From Rebecca billardiae RCC1528 (lineage: Eukaryota; Protista; Haptophyta): a DNA stretch of 64,000 nt. Location of the stretch: contig OZ251230.1 of the NCBI GenBank assembly GCA_965240325.2, positions 1,364,001 through 1,428,000 of the forward strand. The letters are read 5' to 3'. This document shows positions 23,306-32,819 of this stretch, piece by piece; the first letter of the stretch is position 1; every line of letters begins with the position of its first letter. The notes under the pieces were generated by a model. That model was not told where the DNA came from. It saw only the letters and a program-made list of their open reading frames with translations, and made no database searches. Made by a program: the position numbers and the translations under genes.

Positions 23306-24427
23306 CAAGGGGAGTCAGGGTACAGCACGTCCAGTTGGGCTGCAGCTGGAGCTTGGGTCCAAAAGCTTCCCGCCGCGCAGCGGCACTCGCCGCCGCCGCC
23401 GCCGTCGATGGGCGGTTGTGGCGCGCACGGCGTGAGCCGCTGCGGGCGCTGAGGTGCGCGCGACGGCGGCGCGCCCGGCGGCGCTGCTGTAGGAGACCAC
23501 TGCCCTCCTCTCTGCCCCGCGCGCTTCGCTCGTCGTCGCCGTCTCCGCGCCTGCGACCAGCGCGCACGCGATCGCCGCACCGCCCGGCAGCCGGGGCAAT
23601 CTCAGCCGTGACTGCGCATGTGCGTCGCGACCTGGTCGGCCCAGCGCGCGAGGCGCGTGTGGGCGAGGCAGGGCCAGTGTGGCCGCGCGCCATGCCGCCT
23701 CGACCTTGCGCCGGTGGGCATGTCGCCGGCCTTGCACCTCTGTCGACAACGTTGACAACCAATGCGGCACGCAAGCGCAGACGTCAGTGTGCACGATCGA
23801 GGCAGTAGGCGTACAGACGCGATAGTTGCAGAGCCTTTTGTGATCATGCGAGTCATGCATTGTCAGCGACTCTCGCCCAGGTCGTCTGCGCGCTGAACTG
23901 ACGTTTTGACTGAGTGCCTCGAGATCGCCTCGACGATGGCCCGTGCATTGCTTGAACACTCACCACAGTCCAAGCGGGCAACCAGACACATGTGCTCAGT
24001 TCCCTGTTGTACGCTCTGATGGGCTTACTTGAGGCGGCATGGCGCGCGGCCACACTGGTCCTACCTCGCCCACACGCGCCTCGCGCGCTGGGCCGACCAG
24101 GTCGCGACGCACATGCGCAGTCACGGCTGAGATTGCCCCGGCGGCCGGGCGGTGCGGCGCTCGCGTGCGCGCTGAGTCGCAGGCGCGGAGACGGCGACGA
24201 CGAGCGAAGCGCGCGGGGCAGAGAGGAGGGCAGAGGCCTCCTACAGCAGCGCCGCCGGGCGCGCCGCCGTCGCGCGCACCTCAGCGCCCGCAGTGGCTCA
24301 CGCCGTGCGCGCCACAACCGCCCCTCGACGGCGGCGGCGGCGGCGAGTGCCGCTGCGCCGCGGGAAGCTTTTGGACCCAAGCTCCAGCTGCAGCCCAACT
24401 GGACGTGCTGTACCCTGACTCCCCTTG
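23306..24427. mobile_element. Foldback DNA transposon B (1122 bp): TIRs 23306-23701 and 24031-24427, 7-bp TSD GTCGAGG
   Basis: Reverse-complementary arms with roughly ten differences. Termini are CAAGGGGAGTCAGGG...CCCTGACTCCCCTTG. gtcgagg occurs at 23299-23305 and 24428-24434. Confidence 0.92.
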
Positions 24428-24575
24428 GTCGAGGCAAGGGTCGGACATCCTGAAAGTGCTCGCGACACCCAGACCGGCGGCCCAACTGGTATTAATATTT
24501 GCGTGCAGTTGAAGTTCACAATTGGCGGCGTTCACAGTTTGCCTCGCCGTACTGATGTTGAGTGATGTACGACCA

Positions 24576-24754
24576 TATGGAAGTAAAGTTGACGGCGGCC
24601 GCTGATGAGCGCGCCTTGCGGCCAGGCCAGTCCACGCCTTTGAGCGCTGAACGCGGCGTGGTCGCTACCCTCAGACAGCCGTCAGCCTACTCCCTCCAGC
24701 TACAGTACAACGCCTCCACGATGGCATCGCGCGGCAGCGTGCCGAGCTGCCGTA
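24576..24754 (+). repeat. Second copy of the 17333-17518 repeat
   Basis: Direct alignment by eye, with several short indels. Confidence 0.8.
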
Positions 24755-24893
24755 GTGCCGGCCAGGTCGGGCGTCCGCCCGCGTCAGGGCCGGCGCCGCT
24801 GCGCATGACAGCAGACAGCTGTAGCGCAAACAGGGCCCATCATCGGGCCAAGGGGGTTCGAATCGGGCAGCCCGACCCACGGCTGGCGGCCAC

Positions 24894-27800
24894 TTACGCG
24901 CATGGCGGGTCACTGCGCAGCTGGCGCGCTGATGGTGCCCCTCCCTCCAGCTCGGCCGCGAGCTCGGCGAAGCCGGCCTTGCGAGCGAGATCTGCGGGGG
25001 TCTGGCCACGCACGTCGGGCTCCAGCGCGCGCTCGCCGCCGAGCTGCGCCGGCCCCGAGCGCAGCCAAGTGCACAGCTGCGCGTGGCCACCGTACGCCGC
25101 CTTGTGGAGCGCGTGGTGACCCTGCGTGTTGGGCGCGCCCAGATCAACCCCATGGGCGAGGAGCCATGCACACGCGTCCAGTTGCCCGGCGAGCGCAGCA
25201 AAGTGCGCGGCGGAGCAGACCCATCGGTTCGAGTGTGCGACGTCCGCACCGCGCCGTGCGAGCGCATCGCACGCTCGCACGTGGCCACCCCATGCGGCGA
25301 GCTGCAGTGGGGTCGTCCCGTCCTTCGTCAGCGCGTCGACGCCGAGGCCGCACGCATCGATCAGCCACGCGGCGACGCGCACGTGGCCGTGACGTGCGGC
25401 CCAGTGCAACGCGGTGCGCCCAGACTTGCGATCGCGCGCGTCCGCGCGCGCGCCGCTCGCGACGAGGAGCTGGCACACGCCCAGGTGGCCACCAGACGCG
25501 GCCCAGTGGAGCCCCGGGCCGCCGAATCGATCGGTGGTGTCCACGCTCCAGCCGCCACGGAGCGCAGCGCGCACAGCCGCCGTGTCCCCGCGCCGGCACG
25601 CGTCGAGCGTCGGCTCGAGCTGGAAAGCCTCGTCTGCGGCGCTCCGCGCGGCGCGCGCCTCGAGCAGCTTTGCGCGCGTGCCGTTGTGGTGCGCCCCTTC
25701 ATCGCCGGTGCGCGTGGCCGCCAGATTGGGCGCGGGCTCGCCATCCACCGCGCTCGCCGAGGCGCTGAGCGTCGTGTGTGCCCGGAGCCGCGCCACGATG
25801 GCCGACGCCAGAGCGCGCGGCGTCGGGTGCTCGAGCGGCGCGGTCGGCGGGAGCTCCAGGCTGCGCGCCGCGGCTGGCGAGGCGGTCGGATCGCGGCTCG
25901 TGCCTCCGAGCGCCGTACGCAGCTCGGCCCCTAGCGTGTCCAGCAGCACGCCCACGCCGAGTGAGTCGAGGCCAGCCGATGAGAAGGGCGTCTCTGCGCC
26001 GGGCCACGCCGCGACTGCCGGCGCGTCCGTCTCGGCGGTTGCAGCGCGGCCGTCGACGATCGCGGCCGCGCGCGCGGCGGCGCGGAGCACGGCGGCCTCG
26101 ACAGCCCGAGCCAACGGGTCGGCCGCCGGCTCGACGCCGCCGTGCGCGCCTCGTCCGGACGCCTCCGCGGCGGTGGGCGCCGGCAGGATCTGGCCGGCCG
26201 CGTGCAAGTCAGCGCGGGCAGTGGCCGAGCCGTGGCCGTCACGTGCTGCTTCCGCCGAGGGCGACGGCCGGTCACCCGGGCTCGCGCTGCTGCGCTCTGG
26301 CCTGATCGTAGCGCCTGTGCCCGGCGTGGCTGGCGGCAGCAGCGGCAGCGCCCCCCTGTCAAGCTTGCCCGCGGCCGAGAGCGGCAGCGCACGCACCGGC
26401 ACGAGCCGCGCCGGCGCCATGTACGGAGGCAGCCAGCGCCGAGCATGCGCCAACAGCTCATGCTCGAGGGACGGCCAGCCGGCGTCGAGGAGCGTCGCGG
26501 TGTCCACCAGGCTGTGCGCCCCAGCCCGGCCATCCGAGCTGCCGCCCAGGCCCGGCGCAGCCGGCGTGGAAGCGGCTGCTGCCTCAGTCTCAGCGCCGGG
26601 GTCAGCACCGCTGCCGAGAGTAGCCCTTGGCGGGTTCGGACCGCCGAGCCATGGCTGTCGCTGCGGGGCTTGGCGCGCGCGAGGCTCGTCGAGCGCGTGC
26701 TGCACGCCATTCTGCGGTCGTGCCTCGGCCCACGCCGCGCGGCCGACCGCTCCGACCCTCTCGACTGCCGCCTCCGCCTCAGCCGAAGCCCAGTCGAGCC
26801 CAGCGACCGCGGCCTCCACCCAATCCTCACGCCGGGCGGGCCCGTTGGGCGCGAGCGCCGAGCCAGCCGGCGGCGGCGGGGGCGCGCCCGCGCTCGCTGA
26901 AGCGGCCGGGTCGTCGGGGGAGCCGTCGGCCTGCTGCCCAGCGCGGGCATGCTCCTGGGCAGCCGCGGCATCGCGCAGCATCACGTACGCCACCAGCTCC
27001 GCACGGCCAGAAGGGTGCGGCAGTGCAGCAGTGGTCCCTGTCGGCGCAGGCTCGGGCGGTGCAGCGCCTTCGGGGTCAGCGCGCGAGGCGCCAGTCGCGG
27101 GCGTGCGCACGGCGGCGGCGGCGGCCACGACGCGCGCGTGCGTGGCGAGGCACGCCTCCACCTCGCCCAGCTCGATCCGATGCCCGCGCAGCTTGACCTG
27201 CGCCGCGGCGGCGCCGCTCAGACGGCCACCGACCTCCACGATGGGGACACCGCCGCCCCCGCTTCCGCTGGCTGGTCGAATGAGCCGCGCGCGGTCGCCG
27301 GTTCGGAACCAGCGTACGGGCGCGGTGGGCTCTAGGGCGTGGCAGCCGTCCCCTCTGAGCAGCAGCTCCGCAGGCGGCGGGCGTGCGTGCACGAAGCGCC
27401 CGGCGTCGTGCACGCGCGCCGTGGCCGTGCGCTCAGCCGAGGCGCGCCGCACTCCGCGCTCGGCGGCGCGCGGCGCCACGTAGCCCTCCGCCAGGCAGGC
27501 ACCGCCCACCCACAGCTCCCCCTCCACGCCGAAGGCGGCCCACGTGCCGGGGTGCTCGTCGGCGTGCTCGCCACCTTCCTCGTCGCCCGTGCCGCCCGTG
27601 CGCACGGCGCAGAACGAGCGGAGCACAGGCCGCCCGACGGCGCGCGCAACGGCGGCGTGGGCGGCGCGGGGCGGCCGCGCGCCCAAAGCGTCCACAGCCT
27701 CGCACTCCGCTGCGGCGCCCGCGCCGTCGGGCGCCGCGGCGGGCTCGTGCACGCGGCGCGCCGTGCACCAGATCGTCGCCTCGGTCGGGCCGTACACGTT

Positions 27801-28838
27801 GAACAGCGCCGCGCACCGCGTGCTGAGAGGCACCAGCTCAGGCGGCATGGCCTCGCCGCCGCAGATTGCAATCAGACCGCGCGAGCCGGCCCAGCCTGCC
27901 TGGCTGAGGAGGCGGAAGGTGGCGGGCGTCGCCTGCAGAACGAGCGCGGACGGGCCCCACGCCGCGTCGCTGTCGTCCGCACCGAGCACGTGCCCGCCCG
28001 CCGCGCCGGGAGCGCCGGCGTCCTCTCCGTGCTGCGGCTCGGTCCGCGCGCGCGGCGCGCACAGCGGGTGCGGCAGCAACCGGCCGAGGTGCGCGCGCAG
28101 CGCCGCGCCCGAGGACGCGTCGGCGCGCGTGCACAGCACGAGGAGCGGGCCGTAGCACAGGGGCACGAAGATCTCCAGAGCCGAGATGTCGAAGCACACC
28201 GTCGTCACCGCCAGCCACGCGCGCGCCGCGCCGAGCCTGAGGCCATCGCGCCCAGCCGGTCCGTCGACACGCCCGCCAAAGTGCTCGAGCGCGTTGGCGA
28301 GCGCGCCGTGCGAGACGGCGACGCCCTTGGGCGCGCCGGTGGAGCCCGAGGTGTACATCACGTACGCGCGCGCGCGCGCGTCGAGGGCCGGCGGGTAGCT
28401 CCCCACGCCCGCGCCCGCCGCCGGGCGTGGCGAGAGCAGGACACCGTCGTGTGAGAGGACGACGTGCGCGCGCACGCCGGCATCCGCGCCGAGCGCCGCG
28501 CCGACGGCGCCGCAGCTGACGAGAGCGGCGGCGCGAGAGTCCGCCAGCACGTACTGAAGCCGTCGCGTCGGGTGCGATGGATCGAGGGGCACGTAAGCGC
28601 AGCCGGCGAAGAGGATGCCCACGAGCGCGGCGAGGAGCCCAATGCCGCGCTCGGCGCAGACGCCGACGGCATCGCCCTCGCGCACGCCCGCTGCGGTGAG
28701 CGCGTCGGCCACCGCCTCGACGAGGGAGCGCAGCTCTCTGCGCGTCAGCTCGCGCCCATCGAACTCGACGGCCGCCTCGTCGGGGAATGCCGTCCACCGG
28801 CGCGAGACAAGACACGGGAGCAGCGCGTCGGCTGCCAT
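24894..28838 (-). CDS. Single-module NRPS-like protein: adenylation domain, carrier (T) domain, ankyrin repeats
   Basis: A-domain cores AYVPLDPSHP, AYVMYTSGSTGAPKGV, FDIS, NVYGPTEAT, GELWVGG, FRTGD, QVKLRGHRIELGEVE, LPLSAAGKLDR; carrier motif AGLDSLGV; ankyrins GLHWAASGGH, GRTALHWAARHGH, GTTPLQLAAWGGH, SAAHFAALAG, ALHKAAYGGH, GQTPADLA. Confidence 0.9.
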   Translation of the reverse strand: MAADALLPCLVSRRWTAFPDEAAVEFDGRELTRRELRSLVEAVADALTAAGVREGDAVGVCAERGIGLLAALVGILFAGCAYVPLDPSHPTRRLQYVLADSRAAALVSCGAVGAALGADAGVRAHVVLSHDGVLLSPRPAAGAGVGSYPPALDARARAYVMYTSGSTGAPKGVAVSHGALANALEHFGGRVDGPAGRDGLRLGAARAWLAVTTVCFDISALEIFVPLCYGPLLVLCTRADASSGAALRAHLGRLLPHPLCAPRARTEPQHGEDAGAPGAAGGHVLGADDSDAAWGPSALVLQATPATFRLLSQAGWAGSRGLIAICGGEAMPPELVPLSTRCAALFNVYGPTEATIWCTARRVHEPAAAPDGAGAAAECEAVDALGARPPRAAHAAVARAVGRPVLRSFCAVRTGGTGDEEGGEHADEHPGTWAAFGVEGELWVGGACLAEGYVAPRAAERGVRRASAERTATARVHDAGRFVHARPPPAELLLRGDGCHALEPTAPVRWFRTGDRARLIRPASGSGGGGVPIVEVGGRLSGAAAAQVKLRGHRIELGEVEACLATHARVVAAAAAVRTPATGASRADPEGAAPPEPAPTGTTAALPHPSGRAELVAYVMLRDAAAAQEHARAGQQADGSPDDPAASASAGAPPPPPAGSALAPNGPARREDWVEAAVAGLDWASAEAEAAVERVGAVGRAAWAEARPQNGVQHALDEPRARQAPQRQPWLGGPNPPRATLGSGADPGAETEAAAASTPAAPGLGGSSDGRAGAHSLVDTATLLDAGWPSLEHELLAHARRWLPPYMAPARLVPVRALPLSAAGKLDRGALPLLPPATPGTGATIRPERSSASPGDRPSPSAEAARDGHGSATARADLHAAGQILPAPTAAEASGRGAHGGVEPAADPLARAVEAAVLRAAARAAAIVDGRAATAETDAPAVAAWPGAETPFSSAGLDSLGVGVLLDTLGAELRTALGGTSRDPTASPAAARSLELPPTAPLEHPTPRALASAIVARLRAHTTLSASASAVDGEPAPNLAATRTGDEGAHHNGTRAKLLEARAARSAADEAFQLEPTLDACRRGDTAAVRAALRGGWSVDTTDRFGGPGLHWAASGGHLGVCQLLVASGARADARDRKSGRTALHWAARHGHVRVAAWLIDACGLGVDALTKDGTTPLQLAAWGGHVRACDALARRGADVAHSNRWVCSAAHFAALAGQLDACAWLLAHGVDLGAPNTQGHHALHKAAYGGHAQLCTWLRSGPAQLGGERALEPDVRGQTPADLARKAGFAELAAELEGGAPSARQLRSDPPCA

Positions 28839-29095
28839 GCTGATTCTGCTGGAATCTCAGAAATCGACGAGGCAGAAATCTCCTCTCACCAACGAAACGG
28901 TTTCGACTGATGCTCATTGTGGTCGCTTTCCTAAGTGAAAATAGAACCCGAGCTACTAAAGTCTCCTGCTTGGTTGATGCGCGCGCGCCACTTTCGAGAG
29001 CGGGTCAACGTCGAGCGCGTGGACGTGGGTCGCAGACGTGCCCGCCTGCCTCGCGTGCAGCGCGCATTCCGCGCCTCGCGCTTGGCCGTGGCGCC

Positions 29096-30259
29096 ATGCT
29101 GGATAGCGTGGAGACGGGCGTGCCCGTCACCGCGTGTGACCTCACGAGCTGCGGGAGGCGAACTGCGACCGTCGCGGCGCGCGCTGCAGCTGCTCTGCTG
29201 GTCCTAGGCACAATCGGCGCGCTCGGCGTGCTCGGCGTGCACGCGGGTGGCGCGCGGACGGGAGCCTCGGGCCCGCAGTATCGTCGCCGCGATCGGTACA
29301 CGGCAAAGCACACGCCGGCGCCGGCGGCACAATCGGCGTTGAGCGAGCACGCGCTCGCGCTCAACGACACGGCCACCGCCGACATGGCGGCGTGCGACGG
29401 CCTCCCTCCCCCGGTGCCCGGCGACGTGAAGCTGACGCACTACCCGTCGGGATTCGTGCTCACGTTCTCGGACGACGGGATCTGGCGCCCGATGTGCGCC
29501 AACTTCGTCACGGTGCAGAGCACGCGCGTCGTGTGCCGCATGCTCGGGTACGGCGGCTCGACCACGCACCACAACGCGCGCCTGTCCAAGGACAATGTGT
29601 CGCACGGGTTGAGCCCGGGCGTGCAGTGCGAGGGCTCGGAGACGAACGTGCACGGCTGCAGGCGCGACCCGGACTTCGACGCGGGCTGGTCCGACTGCCA
29701 GAAGTACCCGAGCGCGATGGCCCTGTACGTGAAGTGCAACGGCAACATCGGGCCCGCTGCCTCGAATGATTACCAGATGGACAGGCGCTTCACGCCGTCG
29801 CTCAAGCACGTGGCGCGCGTGTGCGGCTCGAGCGGCATCCTGCGGTCGATCATGAGCGACATCGAGGGCGTGAACGACGCGGACTACTCGCACGCGCCGC
29901 TCGAGTCCTCCTCCTCCTCCGGCGGCACCAACGTCGGCGCCATCGTCGGTCCGCTCTTTGCAGGGCTCGGGCTGACCGCGATCACGGCAGGCGCGCACGC
30001 CGCGGCGCAGCACAAGCAGGAAGCGCTGCAACGGGAGCAGATGCAGCTGCAGCAGCAGCAGCTGCAGCAGCAGCAGCAGCAGCAGTGGCAGCCGCCGCCC
30101 GAGTTCGACAAGACGGACTACCGCACGAGGGCGGCCGGCGCGTCGCGCGGCTTCTCACTCGTCGACGAGCTGCGCGGCCTCGCGGAGCTGCACGAAGAGG
30201 GCCTTCTGACGGACGGCGAGTACTCGGCTGCGAAAGCAAAGGTGCTGGGCTCGTATTGA
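29096..30259 (+). CDS. Membrane protein with SRCR domain, two hydrophobic segments, polyQ and C-terminal SHOCT domain
   Basis: GDVKL...GIWRPMC...VVCRMLGY...VQCEGSETNVHGC...YVKC (SRCR); LVDELRGLAELHEEGLLTDGEYSAAKAKVL (SHOCT pattern). Confidence 0.8.
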   Translation: MLDSVETGVPVTACDLTSCGRRTATVAARAAAALLVLGTIGALGVLGVHAGGARTGASGPQYRRRDRYTAKHTPAPAAQSALSEHALALNDTATADMAACDGLPPPVPGDVKLTHYPSGFVLTFSDDGIWRPMCANFVTVQSTRVVCRMLGYGGSTTHHNARLSKDNVSHGLSPGVQCEGSETNVHGCRRDPDFDAGWSDCQKYPSAMALYVKCNGNIGPAASNDYQMDRRFTPSLKHVARVCGSSGILRSIMSDIEGVNDADYSHAPLESSSSSGGTNVGAIVGPLFAGLGLTAITAGAHAAAQHKQEALQREQMQLQQQQLQQQQQQQWQPPPEFDKTDYRTRAAGASRGFSLVDELRGLAELHEEGLLTDGEYSAAKAKVLGSY

Positions 30260-30550
30260 CATGGGCGTTGGGGCGCGCTGCGTGAGCATGCCGACGCGGC
30301 GTCGACTCGTCAGGGCGCCACGCATCCGATCAGCAGTCAGTGTCGGCCGTGTCCGGGACCCGCGGCCGGGCATGGGCGGCATGGCATCGCCGCATCGTGG
30401 CATCGCGCCGCTGCATCCGCCGTAGATCGTGTCGTCGCGCCGTTCGTCTCTGAGCCATCTTAACGCTACTACGACGGTGCGCAGCAGAAGCATCAGCAGC
30501 ATTATGAGTCCTAGTCGGGGCCATGTAGACATATATATATCAGCTAGGCA

Positions 30551-31327
30551 TCAGTGCACGGCCTCCTTCGTCCCGCCACCCAGCGTGCTGTAGCCCGCAC
30601 TGCTGACCCAGCGGCTGCGCACGCGCGCCAGGCACAAGCCAACCGCCAGCGGAATGGCAAGCGTGACCACGAGGATCCAGACGGTAAGCCCGGCATGGCT
30701 GAGCACGCCCGCATGCAACAGCCGTGCGGGCAGGAAAAGCCCGAGCCCGTGCGCCACCGGGCCGCCGTACACGAGAGACGCGACGATCAGCAGTCTCGCC
30801 TCCGCCTCCGCGCTCACGCGGCAGATGTACTTGAGCCAGATCAGCCCACCCGGCACCAGCAGCGTGGCGCTCTGCACCGCGCCTGGATTGTACGCGAGCG
30901 TGACGAGCGCGGGCAGGCAGTGCGCAAACGCTCCATTACACAGGCACAGACCCCAGCACAGGCTCGCAGGCGTAAGGTCTGCGGTGCACTCAGCGTACAG
31001 AGCGCAGCTGGGGAACGCGACCCAGACAATCGCCACGTTGATGATGGTGATCATGCGCGGCGTGAGGATCGGCTCGCCGACCATATCGTTGAAGAAGTCG
31101 ATGAACGCGTATCGCCTGCCCAGGCAGTCCCACCCGTGCTCCTCAAACTGGTGCAAGCTGTAGACTGGTACCATCGCCCACGCGAGCGCGAGCAACGCAG
31201 AGTGCCGCGACTCTGGTGCAGGCCTGGACGCGAGGTGCAGCACCACGGCTCCGCCGATCGCGAGACCGATGAACATCCAGTGCTCGTCGAACCAGTTCAC
31301 GTCGTCGCCGTCGAGCGGGTCTGACAT
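30551..31327 (-). CDS. HXXEE-domain multi-pass membrane protein
   Basis: YSLHQFEEHGW and YNPGAV motifs; about six TM helices; intronless. Confidence 0.85.
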   Translation of the reverse strand: MSDPLDGDDVNWFDEHWMFIGLAIGGAVVLHLASRPAPESRHSALLALAWAMVPVYSLHQFEEHGWDCLGRRYAFIDFFNDMVGEPILTPRMITIINVAIVWVAFPSCALYAECTADLTPASLCWGLCLCNGAFAHCLPALVTLAYNPGAVQSATLLVPGGLIWLKYICRVSAEAEARLLIVASLVYGGPVAHGLGLFLPARLLHAGVLSHAGLTVWILVVTLAIPLAVGLCLARVRSRWVSSAGYSTLGGGTKEAVH

Positions 31328-31446
31328 GGCAACTTGCGGTTGGACGGGAGCGAGTCCGGGCGAAAGCTCCTGAGCGCTGCGAGCTTGCGTCAGCGGAGCC
31401 CGTGCGTGGGCGCCGTCTTGGCGCCGTCATGTTCAATGTGCTTCCA

Positions 31447-31566
31447 CATAACCGCGCGCGTCGCGCTCCGCCTTATGGCGGTCCGGTGTTTACGTTGGGC
31501 GGCTGCCTAGCTTGCCTGGGGCCGCCAGACGTCACGGGGGGCCGGGCGGCGAGACAGCGCCCGCCC
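31447..31566. repeat. DIRS repeat B2 (120 bp), identical to B1 at 32068-32187
   Basis: cataaccgcgcgcgtcgcgctccgccttatggcgg...gagacagcgcccgccc, offset 621. Confidence 0.95.
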
Positions 31567-31631
31567 CCACGCGGACGCTGACTCAAGCCGCACCCTGCCC
31601 CGGCGCGGCGATCCAACGCCGAGGGAGGGCG

Positions 31632-32068
31632 GGCGGGAGGCGGAGGAGCGCAGCTGGTTGTCCGTGCGGCTGCTCGGCGCCAAGCGTGGCCCGTCGGCTG
31701 GGTTTGGTAGTCGGGCGGCGGTCCGGTCGGCGGTCGGGCAGGGCGAGGTGCGCCGTGCGGTCGGGCGGGAAAGCGGACGGCTGCTGGGCGAAACTCGCTC
31801 CTGTTCGCCAAAGCCGGTCACTGCCCGTCAACTCCCGGCGCGCGCTCACTTTTCTGCGGTCCGCGCCAAAAGCGAGCTGCCACACGCTCGGAACGCTGTC
31901 CGGGGGCGCGCTGCGAGCTCCGAGCTCCGAGCCCGTCCGGGCGGGGGTGCGGTCGGAGGGGCGCTGGAGGAGGGTATCGGGCGGCGGCGAAGCGGCGCCG
32001 GCAGTCATAACGCGATAACCGCCGCAGACTGCCAAACCCGCCACTCCCGTCGCGTCGGCCATCGCCCC
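31632..32068. repeat. DIRS repeat A2 (437 bp), apparently identical to A1 at 36772-37208
   Basis: Line-by-line match at offset 5140; identical peptides in the ORF track. Confidence 0.95.
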
Positions 32069-32299
32069 ATAACCGCGCGCGTCGCGCTCCGCCTTATGGC
32101 GGTCCGGTGTTTACGTTGGGCGGCTGCCTAGCTTGCCTGGGGCCGCCAGACGTCACGGGGGGCCGGGCGGCGAGACAGCGCCCGCCCACAGGGGCGCAGC
32201 GCCAGGCGCCACGCCGGCATGGGCGGCGTCGGCCGGCGCGGTCGAGGCCAGGCCCGGCCCCGACCCCCAGAGACGCTGCGCCCGGCCACGCCCCGACGC

Positions 32300-32800
32300 A
32301 CGCCGTCAGCGCCAAGCGCGTGCCGTCGGGCGGGGCAGCTCCCGGGAAGTACGTGCGGGGCGCAGGCCCCGCCCACCGCCCCGCAGCGGTGATCTCGGCC
32401 GCGGGAAGCCCCAGGAACGGCCAGCGTCGCCACGGCCGAGCGTCGAACCGAGTTGGCGCCAACACACGTTGTGGGAGCCCCAGCGCCCGACACTCATCGT
32501 GCAGCCACGCCAGATACGCCGCGCGAAAGCCTCGCACGCGCGCCAACCCGCCCGGTGTCGGCCGTCGACGGCGGGCAGCACCCCGAGCTCCGCGAAGCGA
32601 CGTCCAGCCAGCGTGCGTAGCCCTGAATCGCCATGCGCCCCTTGGACCTTGGACGCGAAGGGCGAAGCGCCGAAGCCCGCTGTCCGGCTGTGGCAAACCG
32701 CCGGGCCGCCTGCGCTGTGGGAGCGATGGCGGCCGGTGGAAGCGGCGGGGAGTAGGCGACGCACGCCGCGCGAACGAGGACGGTCGCGCGGCACGCGAGC
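32300..32800 (-). pseudogene. Frameshifted C-terminal part of a tyrosine recombinase
   Basis: Spread across frames: RSKG..QG...CCP (~32570-32650), GANSVRRSAVATLA (HxxR-equivalent, ~32420-32460), GLPAAEITAAGRWAGPAPRTYF (GRW and catalytic Tyr, ~32345-32412). Confidence 0.7.
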
Positions 32801-32819
32801 GACGGCGGACGCGCCGCGG

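Noticed and set aside
23187-23774. N-terminal extension of the 856-aa ORF
   Set aside because: It runs through the TIR of foldback B, and the same peptide appears mirrored at 23992-24453.
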